64,000 nucleotides of DNA from an uncultured bacterium (GTDB taxonomy: Bacteria > Acidobacteriota > Aminicenantia > Aminicenantales > Saccharicenantaceae), in NCBI GenBank assembly GCA_963827635.1, contig CAWHBV010000009.1:281802-345801 (forward strand), given 5' to 3'. The notes under the pieces were generated by a model. It did not search any database, was not told the DNA's origin, and was given only the letters and a program-made list of their open reading frames with translations. The position numbers and the translations under genes were made by a program. Positions 1-9,726 of the stretch are shown one piece after another. The stretch's first letter is position 1; each line of letters starts with the position of its first letter.

Positions 1-346
1 CGCGGCCCTCTGGGGACAGGCGGCCTGGTCGGCCGTGCTCTGCCTGTCGGGGACCTACGCCTCGCTCTACGAGTACATGGTCTTCGCCCTGCTCCTCTTC
101 TTCGCCGCGACCGGACTGGCGGTCTTCGTCCTCCGCCGCCGGGCGCCGGACGCGGCCCGTCCCTACCGCGCCTGGGGCTATCCCGTCGTGCCGCTCGTCT
201 TCGTCGCCATGTGCCTGGCCGTCTTCCTGAGCATCGTCGTCTCGCAGCCGCTCAAGTCCCTGGCCGGGCTCGGCCTGCTCCTGGTCGCCATCCCCGTCTA
301 CGCCGTCTGGAAAGGCCGCGGAGCGAAAAGCGCGGACCGGCCGTGA
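1..346 (+). CDS. APC-superfamily amino acid/amine permease, C-terminal fragment (5' end outside window)
   Basis: The frame is open from the window edge to TGA 344-346. The tail is a run of hydrophobic helices (MVFALLLFFAATGLAVFVL, VVPLVFVAMCLAVFLSIVV, LGLLLVAIPVYAVW) with an RRRAPDAARPYRAWGYP loop typical of APC permease C-termini. Confidence 0.55.
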   Translation, partial: AALWGQAAWSAVLCLSGTYASLYEYMVFALLLFFAATGLAVFVLRRRAPDAARPYRAWGYPVVPLVFVAMCLAVFLSIVVSQPLKSLAGLGLLLVAIPVYAVWKGRGAKSADRP

Positions 347-412
347 AAAGGGGTTTCCCCCGGACGGGATTTCGTTTAAGATGAGAGGGCCGCAGGGCGA
401 ACGGACGAGACG

Positions 413-2194
413 ATGAGCGAAACAACGTACAGCGTCGAGATCTTCCCCGACCGGACCCGGGTCCGGGCCAAGTCCGGCGAGATCCTGGCCGACGTGCTGG
501 CCCGGGCCGGCATCGTCCTCAGCCTCTACTGCCACAAGCGGGGCATCTGCGGCAAGTGCGCCGTGCGCATCCTCAGCGGCCCCCTCCCCTTCCCCGCCGC
601 CCTCGAGGCCGCCCTGCTCGAAAGCCGCGGGCTCGGCCCCGACCACCGCCTGGCCTGCCTCTACGCCGTCACCAGCGATCTCGTCGTCGAGACCCTGCCC
701 GGGTCGCGGCTGGAGAAGGTCCCCGTCCTCGATTCGGGCGTTCCCTCGGCCGCCTTCGTCGATCCGGCCGTCAAGAAGCTGCCGCTCGTCCTGGAGAAGC
801 CGTCGCTCTACGCGCCCGTCGCCGTGGCCGATGCGCTCCGGGCGACGCTCCGATCCCCGGGGCTGCACCTGCCGCTGGCGACGCTCGCCAAGCTCGGCGG
901 CCAGTCGCTCGGTCCGGCCCGCAGGGTCACGGCGGTCCTGTACGAAGACCGTGAGATCCTCGACATCGAGCCCGAGGACGCTACGCAGGACATCTTCGGG
1001 CTGGCCGTCGACCTGGGGACGAGCACGATCGCGGCGGAGCTCGTCGATCTCCGGACCGGAAAGGCCGTCGACCGGGCCGCGGCGGTGAACGCCCAGAGCT
1101 CCTACGGCGCCGACGTCGTCTCGCGGATCACCTTCGCCTTCGAGAACCCCGACAATCTGAGGCGCCTGAAGACGGCCGCCGTCCAGCAGATCAACGACAT
1201 GGTCGGGACGATGTCCCGGCGGAGCGGCGTGCCGCGCCACCGCATCTACGACGCGGTCGTCGCCGGCAACACGGCCATGAACCACATCCTCTGCGGCGTG
1301 CCCGTCGATTCGCTGGCCCTGGCCCCGTTCCACGCGGTGTTCTCCGCCCTGCCGGCCCTGGCCGCCTCCGAGGTCGGGTTCAGCCTCCACCCCCAGGCCC
1401 GGCTCTACGTGGCGCCCAACATCAAGAGCTTCGTCGGCGGGGACATCACGGCCGGGCTCGTCGCCACGGATTTCGCGGCGACCGCCGGCACGGGCCTCTT
1501 CATCGATCTCGGCACCAACGGCGAGATCGTCCTCAAGAAGGGGTCGGAATTCGTGACCACGTCGACGGCCGCCGGGCCGGCCTTCGAGGGCATGAACATC
1601 AGCTGCGGCATGCTGGCCGTCCCCGGGGCCATCCACCGGGCCGAATGGACCAACGGCTTCAAGCTGGTCACGGTCGACGATCTTCCGCCCCAGGGCGTCT
1701 GCGGGACCGGGCTCGTCGACATCCTGGCCACGGCCCTCGACCGCGGCCTCCTCGGCCGCGACGGCCGCATCGCCGGGACGGAGAAGCGGATCCGGCTGAC
1801 CGACCGCCTGGCCCTGACCCAACAGGACGTCCGGGACGTCCAGCTCGCCGTGGCGGCCGTCCGGACGGGCGTGCGCCTGATGCTGCGGGAATTCCGGCTC
1901 GAAGCCGGCGACCTCGACCGGATCTTCGTCGCGGGCGCCTTCGGCAGCTCGCTCGACGTCGGGAACGCCGTGGCCCTCGGTCTCCTGCCCGACGTGCCCC
2001 GGGAGAGGATCGCCTTCGTCGGCAACGCCTCGCTCGCCGGGGCCCGGCTCCTTCTTCTCGCCCGTCCGGCCCGCGACGCCGCGGAGATCCTGGCCGGCAG
2101 GATCGCCCACGTCTCGCTGGCCACCCGCCCGGATTTCCAGGACGAGTTCGTCCGGGCCCTCGAATTCAGCCGCTATCCGGGAGGCGCCGCATGA
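413..2194 (+). CDS. ATP-dependent corrinoid reductive activase (RamA/RACo type: 2Fe-2S ferredoxin domain plus ASKHA/DUF4445 domain)
   Basis: 593-aa ORF. N-terminal Cys pattern YCHKRGICGKCAV...RLACLY (plant-type 2Fe-2S). ASKHA phosphate motifs AVDLGTSTI and FIDLGTNGE. ATGA overlap with the next gene. Confidence 0.8.
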   Translation: MSETTYSVEIFPDRTRVRAKSGEILADVLARAGIVLSLYCHKRGICGKCAVRILSGPLPFPAALEAALLESRGLGPDHRLACLYAVTSDLVVETLPGSRLEKVPVLDSGVPSAAFVDPAVKKLPLVLEKPSLYAPVAVADALRATLRSPGLHLPLATLAKLGGQSLGPARRVTAVLYEDREILDIEPEDATQDIFGLAVDLGTSTIAAELVDLRTGKAVDRAAAVNAQSSYGADVVSRITFAFENPDNLRRLKTAAVQQINDMVGTMSRRSGVPRHRIYDAVVAGNTAMNHILCGVPVDSLALAPFHAVFSALPALAASEVGFSLHPQARLYVAPNIKSFVGGDITAGLVATDFAATAGTGLFIDLGTNGEIVLKKGSEFVTTSTAAGPAFEGMNISCGMLAVPGAIHRAEWTNGFKLVTVDDLPPQGVCGTGLVDILATALDRGLLGRDGRIAGTEKRIRLTDRLALTQQDVRDVQLAVAAVRTGVRLMLREFRLEAGDLDRIFVAGAFGSSLDVGNAVALGLLPDVPRERIAFVGNASLAGARLLLLARPARDAAEILAGRIAHVSLATRPDFQDEFVRALEFSRYPGGAA

Positions 2195-3075
2195 GCCATC
2201 CCCTTCTCGACCGGGCCGCGATCCGGACCGTCCTCTTCGACGGGGCCATGGGCACCGAGCTCATGGCCCGCGGCCTTCCCCACGGCGGCGTGCCCGAGCT
2301 CTGGAACGTCGAGCGGCCGGAGGACGTCAAGAGCGTCCACGAAGCCTATTTCGCGGCCGGGGCCGACGTCGTCTCCACCAACAGCTTCGGCGCGACGCCG
2401 ATCAAGCTGGCCGCCCACGGGCTCGAGGCCCGGACCTACGAGCTGAACTTCGCCGCCGCCCGCCTGGCCCGGGAAAGCGCCCCGCCCGGACGCTTCGTCG
2501 CCGGCAGCGTCGGGCCGACCGGCAAGTTCCTCAAACCCCAGGGGCCCTGCCTCGAGGAGGAGTTCGTCGCCGCCTTCGCCGAGCAGGCCCGGGGCCTGGC
2601 CGACGGCGGCGCCCATCTCTTCATCGTCGAGACCCAGTACGACCTGCGCGAGGCCCTGGCGGCCCTGCGCGGCATCCGGAGCGTTTCGGCCCTGCCCGTC
2701 TTCGTCACCATGACCTTCAGCGCCTTCCCCCGGGGCTACTTCACCATCATGGGCGACTCGGCGGCCAAGGCCGCCGCGGAGCTCGGGCGGGCCGGCGCGG
2801 CCGCCGTGGGCGCCAACTGCACGCTCGCGAGCGACCAGATGGCCGGATGCGTCCGGGCCCTCAGGGCGGCCACGTCGCTGCCTCTCATCGCCCAGGCCAA
2901 CGCCGGCCAGCCCGTCGCCTCCCCCGACGGGACGATCGGCTACACCCAGAGCCTCGAGGATTACCTGCGGTTCGTCCCGGATATCGTCGCGGCCGGCGCG
3001 TCGTTCGTCGGCGGATGCTGCGGGACGACGCCGGCCTTCACCCGGGCCATGGCCCGGATCCTCGTCAAGGAGTGA
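2191..3075 (+). CDS. Stand-alone homocysteine S-methyltransferase-domain protein (zinc thiol methyltransferase, MetH/BHMT Hcy-domain type)
   Basis: Start ATG 2191 overlaps the upstream stop (ATGA). Contains LFDGAMGTEL and TNSFGAT blocks. All three zinc/thiol-activating Cys are present (GANCT and GGCCGTTP). Confidence 0.8.
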   Translation: MSHPLLDRAAIRTVLFDGAMGTELMARGLPHGGVPELWNVERPEDVKSVHEAYFAAGADVVSTNSFGATPIKLAAHGLEARTYELNFAAARLARESAPPGRFVAGSVGPTGKFLKPQGPCLEEEFVAAFAEQARGLADGGAHLFIVETQYDLREALAALRGIRSVSALPVFVTMTFSAFPRGYFTIMGDSAAKAAAELGRAGAAAVGANCTLASDQMAGCVRALRAATSLPLIAQANAGQPVASPDGTIGYTQSLEDYLRFVPDIVAAGASFVGGCCGTTPAFTRAMARILVKE

Positions 3076-3077
3076 CC

Positions 3078-3731
3078 ATGACCAACTCGGACCTTTTTCC
3101 CAGGATGAGCGAAGCCATCGTCGCCGGGGACCGCGAGAAGGCCGCCGGGCTCGCCGCCGAGGCGGTGCAGGCCGGGCTGGACCTCCCGGAAGTCGTCGAA
3201 CGGGGCTACCTCCCCGGCATCCAGAGGGTCGGCGAGCTCTGGGAACAGGGCGAATATTTCCTGCCCGAGCTCATCTCCAGCGCCGAGGCCATGAAAGCGG
3301 CCATGGCCGTTCTCGAACCCGAGTTCGAGCGCCGGCACATCGGCGCCCGGATGGGCGGCCGGATCGTCATCGGGACGGTCGAGGGCGACATCCACGACAT
3401 CGGCAAGAACCTCGTCGCGTCGATGCTCCAGGCCGGCGGCTTCGAGGTCTTCGACCTCGGGGCCGACGTCAAGCTCGAGCGCTTCGTCGACAAGGCCGAG
3501 GAGGTCGGCGCGGGGCTGATCTGCCTGTCGGCCCTGCTGACGACGACGATGACGAACCAGCGCCGCCTCATCGGGATCCTCGAAGAACGGGGCCTGCGCG
3601 GCAAGTACAGGGTCCTGGTCGGCGGCGCGCCGGCCAGCCGGCGCTGGGCCGAGGAGATCGGCGCGGACGGATACGCCGAGAACGCGGTCGCCGCCGTCAA
3701 GCTGGCCAAGTCCCTGGCCGGACGGGGCTGA
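3078..3731 (+). CDS. Cobalamin (corrinoid)-binding protein, MtbC/MttC/MtgC-like
   Basis: 217 aa. B12-binding DxHxxG motif (GDIHDIGKN), SALLTTT and VLVGGAP blocks, with an N-terminal helical cap domain. Starts 2 nt after the upstream stop. Confidence 0.85.
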   Translation: MTNSDLFPRMSEAIVAGDREKAAGLAAEAVQAGLDLPEVVERGYLPGIQRVGELWEQGEYFLPELISSAEAMKAAMAVLEPEFERRHIGARMGGRIVIGTVEGDIHDIGKNLVASMLQAGGFEVFDLGADVKLERFVDKAEEVGAGLICLSALLTTTMTNQRRLIGILEERGLRGKYRVLVGGAPASRRWAEEIGADGYAENAVAAVKLAKSLAGRG

Positions 3732-3778
3732 GCCTCCGGCGCGGGACGCCCGGAAATCCAGGCACGGGAGAAACGGAC

Positions 3779-5248
3779 ATGTTCGATGCCAAAAGACCGA
3801 AGTTGGAGCTGCTCGACAGGGCCTTCGTCGAAAAGATCGTCGACGAGGCGCTGACCCTCCTCGACCGGCACGGGGTCATGGTCGAGAACACCGAGGCCGC
3901 GCGCCTCCTCGGGGAGGCCGGGGCCCGGGTCGACGCCGGGACCCAGCGGGTCCGGCTCGGCCGCAAGCTCGTGGAGGACTGCCTGGCCTCGACCCCGGCC
4001 ACGATCGTTCTCTACGACCGCAAGGGCGAGAAGGCCTTCGCCGTCGGCGGGGACGAGGTCCACTTCGATCCCGGCTCGGCGGCCGTGACCATTCTCGACC
4101 ACGCGACGCAGGAGGAGCGCAAGGCCTCCACGCGGGACGTCGTCGATCTCTACAAGCTCGTCGAGACGCTCGATCACCTCCATTTCCAGAGCACGGCGCT
4201 CGTCGCGTCGGACGTCCCGGCCGCCGTCTCCGACGCCCACCGCCTCTACCTCGGCCTGCTCCTCTCGGAGAAGCCGTTCGTCACCGGGACCTTCCGCGTC
4301 GAGGGTTTCGGGCCCATGAAGGCGCTCCTGGCCGCCGTCCGCGGCGGCGAACGGGAGCTGCGCTGCAAGCCGCTGGCCATCTTCGACGCCTGTCCCTCCC
4401 CTCCCCTCAAGTGGAGCAACCTGACCGCCCAGAGCCTCGTCGACTCCGCCCGGGCCGGCATCCCCTCCGAGCTCATCGGGATGGGGATGACCGGGGCGAC
4501 CTCGCCGGCCACGATCGCCGGGACGCTCGTCCAGCACACGGCGGAGAACCTCAGCGGCCTGGCCATCTGCCAGGCCGCCCGAGCGGGCGCGCCGGTCATC
4601 TTCGGCGGCTCGCCCTCGAGCTTCGACATGAGGAAAGGGACGACTCCGATGGGCGCGATGGAAACCCTGATGATCGACGCGGCCTACGCCCAGATCGGCA
4701 AGTTCCTGAATCTGCCCACCCACGCCTACATGGCCTTGAGCGACGCCAAGGTCAACGACCCCCAGGCCGGCTTCGAGACGGCGCTCGGCGCGGTGCTGGC
4801 CGCCCTGGCCGGCGTCAACGTCGTCTCGGGCCCCGGCATGCTCGACTACGAGAGCTGCCAGAGCCTCGAGAAGCTGGTCATCGACGACGGCATCTGCGCC
4901 CTGGTCTACCGCCTGCTCGACGGCATCGCCCAGCGGGACGAGCCCGTGGCTCTGGGGCTCTTCGAGGGCTTCCGGGAAGGGATGTCCTTCCTGACCACGG
5001 CCCACACCCGTCAGTGGTACCGCAAGGAGCACATCCCGTCCGGGCTCGCCGACCGGGATCCCTACGACGCCTGGGTGGCGGCCGGCCGGACCACCATCGT
5101 CGACAAGGCGCACGCCGAGGTCCTCAAGCGTCTCGGGAAATACGCCGCGCCGCCCCTGGCCGAAGGCCTGCGGAAAGAGCTCGACGGGATCATGGCCGCC
5201 TACGCCCGCTCGTCGGGCGTCGCGGCCCCGCTCTTTCCCGGATCGTAA
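3779..5248 (+). CDS. MttB-superfamily (trimethylamine methyltransferase family) methyltransferase, non-pyrrolysine type
   Basis: Uninterrupted 489-aa ORF with no in-frame TAG. Length and blocks (FDPGSAAV, FDACPSPPLKWS, GMGMTGATSPAT, PMGAMET) fit the MttB family. Adjacent to its corrinoid protein. Confidence 0.8.
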   Translation: MFDAKRPKLELLDRAFVEKIVDEALTLLDRHGVMVENTEAARLLGEAGARVDAGTQRVRLGRKLVEDCLASTPATIVLYDRKGEKAFAVGGDEVHFDPGSAAVTILDHATQEERKASTRDVVDLYKLVETLDHLHFQSTALVASDVPAAVSDAHRLYLGLLLSEKPFVTGTFRVEGFGPMKALLAAVRGGERELRCKPLAIFDACPSPPLKWSNLTAQSLVDSARAGIPSELIGMGMTGATSPATIAGTLVQHTAENLSGLAICQAARAGAPVIFGGSPSSFDMRKGTTPMGAMETLMIDAAYAQIGKFLNLPTHAYMALSDAKVNDPQAGFETALGAVLAALAGVNVVSGPGMLDYESCQSLEKLVIDDGICALVYRLLDGIAQRDEPVALGLFEGFREGMSFLTTAHTRQWYRKEHIPSGLADRDPYDAWVAAGRTTIVDKAHAEVLKRLGKYAAPPLAEGLRKELDGIMAAYARSSGVAAPLFPGS

Positions 5249-5263
5249 AGGCCGGCGAAGGGC

Positions 5264-6664
5264 TCAGTCGAGGTCCCAGACCTCGAGGTATTCGGGCAGT
5301 TCGACCGTCCAGCCCCTGTCCCGTCTGATGCCTTCGGCCGTCTTGGCGGCCACGTCGGCGTCCCCGTGGGTGACGAACAGGCGCCGGGGCGGCGTCTTGA
5401 AACCGTCCAGCCAGCGGCGCAGGCCGGCCCGGTCGGCGTGGGCGGAGAAACCGTTGATCTTGGCCACCTTGGCCCGGACCGGGAGGGTCCGGCCGAGGAT
5501 GCGGACCTCGGGCTCGCCTTCGAGGATCTGACGGCCCAGCGTGTCGCGCGCCTGGTAGCCGACGAAGAGAACGGTCGATTCCGGCCGGAAGATGTTCTGG
5601 GCGAGGTGGTGCTTGATCCGGCCCCCGGTGATCATGCCCGAGCCGGCCATGATGACGGCCGGCCCGCGGGCGTCGTTGATGGCCTTGGACTCTTCGGGCG
5701 TACGGACGATGGTCAGGCCGGGGAAGCGGAAGGGGTTGCGCCCGGCCGCGAAGAGACGGCGGGTCTCGTCGTCGAAGGCCCCGTCGTTGCGCTCGAAGGC
5801 CGCGGTCACCTCGCGGGCCATCGGGCTGTCGAGGAAGACCGGCACCGGCGGGATGGCCTGGGCGTAGACGAGCCGGCTGAGGTGGTACATCAGGTCCTGG
5901 GCCCGCTCGATGGCGAACGTCGGGATGACGACGTTGCCGCCCGCCGCGACGGTCTCCCGGATCGTCCGGGCGAGGAGCTCTTCGACGCGGCCCGGGTCCT
6001 CGTGGTCCCGGTCGCCGTAGGTCGACTCCATGACCGCGTAATCGGCGGCCTCGAAAAGCGACGGGTCGCGGACGAAGGGCATGTTCCACTGGCCGATGTC
6101 GCCCGAGAAAACGAGCCGCCGGACGGTCTCCCGCTCCCGGACGGTGATCTCGATCATGGCCGAACCGAGGATGTGGCCGGCGTCCCGGAAGCGGACCGAA
6201 ACGCCGCGCCCGAGCTCCGTCGTGACGTCGTAATCGACCTCGTCGACGAGCGGCATGGCCGCCTGCACGTCCTCGACCGTGTAGAGCGGGACGACCGGGT
6301 GGTCCACCGTCCGGTTCTCCTTCTGGTGGCGGCGCTTCTTGTAGGCCGCGTCCTCCTCCTGGATCTCGGCGGCGTCCATGAGCGCGATCGACAGGATGTC
6401 GGCCGTCGCGTCCGTGGTCAGGATGGTCCCCGAGAAGCCGTCCCGGACGACCTTGGGGATGAGCCCCGAGTGGTCCAGGTGGGCGTGCGTGAGCAGGATG
6501 AAATCGAGGTCCTCCGGGGGGACGGGCAGGGACTCCCAGTTCCTCTGGAGAAAGGACCGTTCCTGGTACAGGCCGCAGTCGACGAGGAGCTTCAGGCCGC
6601 CCGCGTCGAGGAAATAGCACGAGCCCGTCACCTGGCGGGCGGCTCCGAAGAAAGCCAGCTTCAT
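5264..6664 (-). CDS. MBL-fold beta-CASP ribonuclease (RNase J/CPSF-like)
   Basis: Start at MKLAFFGAARQVTGSC. HxHxDH motif (THAHLDHSG). C-terminal beta-CASP blocks (NGFSAHAD, FVTHGD). ATGA overlap with the upstream membrane gene. Confidence 0.8.
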   Translation of the reverse strand: MKLAFFGAARQVTGSCYFLDAGGLKLLVDCGLYQERSFLQRNWESLPVPPEDLDFILLTHAHLDHSGLIPKVVRDGFSGTILTTDATADILSIALMDAAEIQEEDAAYKKRRHQKENRTVDHPVVPLYTVEDVQAAMPLVDEVDYDVTTELGRGVSVRFRDAGHILGSAMIEITVRERETVRRLVFSGDIGQWNMPFVRDPSLFEAADYAVMESTYGDRDHEDPGRVEELLARTIRETVAAGGNVVIPTFAIERAQDLMYHLSRLVYAQAIPPVPVFLDSPMAREVTAAFERNDGAFDDETRRLFAAGRNPFRFPGLTIVRTPEESKAINDARGPAVIMAGSGMITGGRIKHHLAQNIFRPESTVLFVGYQARDTLGRQILEGEPEVRILGRTLPVRAKVAKINGFSAHADRAGLRRWLDGFKTPPRRLFVTHGDADVAAKTAEGIRRDRGWTVELPEYLEVWDLD

Positions 6665-7545
6665 GTCACCTCTCCGATCAGTAGGGATGGGATCTGTAGA
6701 ATTCCGCCTGGGCCGCCGACGAAAAGCATCCGGACGAGGAGCCGGAACAGGATGTAGATCTGCATGACGGCGAAGGCGGCGACGACGGGCGCCGGGCCGG
6801 GGCCGCCGAGCGGCCCGAGGGCGGCGGAAAGGGCGACCGTGCCCGCCAGAGTGGCGCCGACGATGAGGAGGTAGAGGGCCCAGGCCCGGAAGAAGCGCCT
6901 CTTGAGGAAGATCAGCGCGTGGCGGAGGGCCTTGAGCACCCTCCGTTCGTCGTCGGCGACGACGGCGATGCGGGTGTAGTCGACGACCATGTGGACGACC
7001 GAGAGCAGGAGCAGGGCGATGAGGAAATGGGCGTTCGACAGGATGAGCGGAAGCCACTCGGTCGGGGCGCTCTTCATCGCCGGTCCGATCAGGGCCGAGA
7101 CGAGCTCGAGCACGATGCCGAAGGTCAGGAAGAGGAAGACCAGGGAGACGAGGAAGATCCGCGCGAACCGCCCGAAATAGCGTCCGCAGTCGCCGGTGAA
7201 CGCGGCCAGGGTCGCCTTGCCTTCCCTGTCGAGGAGGCGCCCGAAGATGCCGCCGTTGAGGAAGACCTGGAGGGCGAGGTAGAGGACGGCGGCGACGAGG
7301 AGGCCGGCGAGAAGGGCCGGCAGCGCGTCCCCGTATTTGAGGGCGGTCTCGCCCAGCCACATGAGGTCGGCCGGCCGGACGCTCGAGCCGAGGAGGGAGT
7401 GCCCCAGCTCGGTCTGCGCGATGGTCAGGAAGGGCACGGCCGCGGCTGCGGCGAAAACGACGTTGACGGCGTAGAGCACGGCCAGGACGAGAGGCTTCCG
7501 GACCGTCGTCCCCAGCCCGTTGGCGATGGCTTTGAACACGCCCAT
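6661..7545 (-). CDS. Polytopic membrane protein of unknown function
   Basis: 294 aa from MGVFKAIANG, preceded by GGAGAGAG. About 6-7 hydrophobic helices. No recognisable catalytic motif. Confidence 0.55.
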   Translation of the reverse strand: MGVFKAIANGLGTTVRKPLVLAVLYAVNVVFAAAAAVPFLTIAQTELGHSLLGSSVRPADLMWLGETALKYGDALPALLAGLLVAAVLYLALQVFLNGGIFGRLLDREGKATLAAFTGDCGRYFGRFARIFLVSLVFLFLTFGIVLELVSALIGPAMKSAPTEWLPLILSNAHFLIALLLLSVVHMVVDYTRIAVVADDERRVLKALRHALIFLKRRFFRAWALYLLIVGATLAGTVALSAALGPLGGPGPAPVVAAFAVMQIYILFRLLVRMLFVGGPGGILQIPSLLIGEVT

Positions 7546-7556
7546 GGTCTCTCTCC

Positions 7557-9701
7557 TCAGATCCAAGATCCGATGAATTGGAACAGGTTCTGCAGCAGGA
7601 ACAGGTGCTGGGTGATCATCTTGACGACGTTCCTGCGCAGGCCGTCGGCGCCGCGGCTGTTGTTGGCCAGGTTCTCGTCGATCAGCCAGACGCCGGCGGG
7701 ATCGATCTCGGCGCTGGCGACCTCGACCGGCTTGACGAACTCCAGCCGGGCCCAGCGGGCTTGCCCGTCCCAGGTCCGGGTCTCGGTCGTCCCGTCCTTG
7801 AAGCGGACGAGGACCTCGACCCGCGCGTCGCCCCCGAGCCGGGCCTCCCCGAAGCGCCTCAGGACGACCGTGGTCCGGTAGGCCGCCTGCGGCGGTCCCC
7901 CGGGAGCGTCCGGCCGCGGTCTTTTCGAGCTCCGCGATCTTCTTGTCGGTCCATTCCGTGCGGGCGCCGTCCGCGTCGTAGACGCCGCGGCGGCGGAGGG
8001 GGACCTTGGCCGAGGACACGGAGGCGATGCCGTAGTCGAAGGCCTCGGTGCCTTCGAGGAGCTCGTCGAAGAACCAGGTCATGTCCTTGCCGGAGAGCTC
8101 GTTGACGACGGCGACGAAATCGGACTTGGTCGGATGCTTGAACCGGTAGCGCATGTGGTAGGTCCGCATGATCCTCGACCAGGCCGGCTCGCCGAGGAGC
8201 CGTTCGAGCGTCTCGAGGAGCGTCGCGGCGCGCATGTAGACGTTGGCGCCGTAGCTGCCGCTGTTGTAGAAGTTCCAGGACCAGGCGGTCACGGGATCGT
8301 AGCGGACGGTGTTGATGGCCGCGGCCCGGTTGAGCTCGAAATCGAAATTCCGGGGCAGGCGGAGGAACCAGTCGAGGGGAAAACCCTTGAAAACGAAGGA
8401 CATGGCCCCGGGCCCGTAGGCCTTGGCCAGGACCTTTCCCGTCGAGTAGGTGTTGAAGCCCTCGTCGAGCCAGGCCGCCTCGAACTCGTTGTTGGCCGCG
8501 AGTCCGTACCAGTAGCCGTGGCCGAACTCGTGGACGATGACGCCCTCCGGCGAGAGGACGTTGCGGCTGGGCAGGACCCGCGTGCCCGCGGTGAACAGGG
8601 TCGGGTACTCCATGCCGCCGCTCCCGGTCCGGAAGGGCGGATCGACCATGGTCACGGTCTCGTAGGGATAGGGGCCGTACCAGAGGCCGTAATACTTGAG
8701 GGCCGCCCGGAGGGCCCGGAAGTGGCGCTCGATCTGGCCTTTGTGCTCCGGCGCGATGAGCAGGGTCATCCGGACGTCGGGGAGCACGGACCTCTTCGAG
8801 CGGCAGGCCGAGGCGCTCGGCGGTCTCCGCGTATTCCGCCGTGCGTGACTTCCCGATCGCCGATGAAGTCCCTTTCGATCTTGATGTAGCGCGGGTCGGC
8901 CGTCCAGGCGAAATCGTGGACCATGGCCTGACGGTAGGTGTAGGTCGTCCGTCCGGCGGCGCCGTCGACCGCGGCCCCGGTCTGTTTGCCCGAGGACCCG
9001 ACGACGAAACGGCTGGGGACGTCGATGTGGACGACGAAATCGGCGAAGTCGGCGAAGAACTCCGAGTTCTGATGGTAGGCGTGGGCGTTCCAGCCTTTGC
9101 CCGCCTCGTAGACCCCGGGCTTCGGGTACCACTGGGCGATGAAGAAGGAATCCCGGTAGTAGCCCGACCGGGCCACGGTCCGGGGGACCTTGCTGCGGAA
9201 CTCGAGCCGGATCCGGACGCTTTCGCCGGGCTGGACGGGCGCGGGAAAGAGGACCCGGGCGACGGTCTGGTCGTCGGGGTGCTCCGGTCCGTCGGGAGTG
9301 ACGTAGTGAAGGGTCGGCTTGAGATCGGAGCCGTCGGCCAGCCGGATGTCCGTGATGTCGATCCAGCCCCACTCCCCGTCGTCGGGCGCGGCGCCGCGGC
9401 TGAACATCGATTCCGCCGCGGCCTCGCGGAGGAAGGCGCTGTCCTCGTTCTTGAAGGCGTTCCAGTAGAGGTGGAGCAGCATGTCCGGGACCGCTTCGGC
9501 GGTGGGGTTGGTCCAGACGATCTCCTCCTTGCCGAGGAGCGTTTTTTCGGCGTCGTCGAGCTCGACCCAGATCTCGTAGCGGAGCCCGGGCGCGCCGGCC
9601 GCCGGGACGGCGGCGGGTCCTGCGAAGGCCGCAGGGCCGCCGGCAGGACGAGGAGCGCGGCGCGCCAGGAGGCAGACGGGTACGGTTCTTTTTATCGGCA
9701 T
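7557..9701 (-). CDS. M1-family zinc metallopeptidase (frameshifted in this assembly)
   Basis: HEFGHGYW (HExxH) and WLDEGFNTY (third Zn ligand) lie in the middle segment. The frame must be switched near 8839, 8789 and about 7915 to follow one continuous homologous protein down to TGA 7557-7559. Confidence 0.75.
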
Positions 9702-9726
9702 GAGGAACTCCCTTGACGGGCCCAAA

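Noticed and set aside
347-412. Possible cobalamin riboswitch ahead of the corrinoid gene cluster.
   Set aside because: The intergenic space is only 66 nt, far too short for a B12 element, and there is no B12-box-like sequence.
3206-5113. 635-aa ORF antisense to mttB. Similar long ORFs occur at 5190-6620 (minus strand), 10234-11967 (plus strand), 17289-19055 (plus strand), 34260-35699 (minus strand) and 50239-52650 (minus strand).
   Set aside because: These translations are Arg/Pro/Gly/Ala-rich and low in complexity, typical of the wrong strand or frame in very GC-rich DNA. Each lies opposite a gene with clear family motifs.
3779-5248. In-frame amber (pyrrolysine) codon in the MttB homolog.
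   Set aside because: The 489-aa ORF is uninterrupted and no TAG occurs in frame, so this is a non-Pyl family member.
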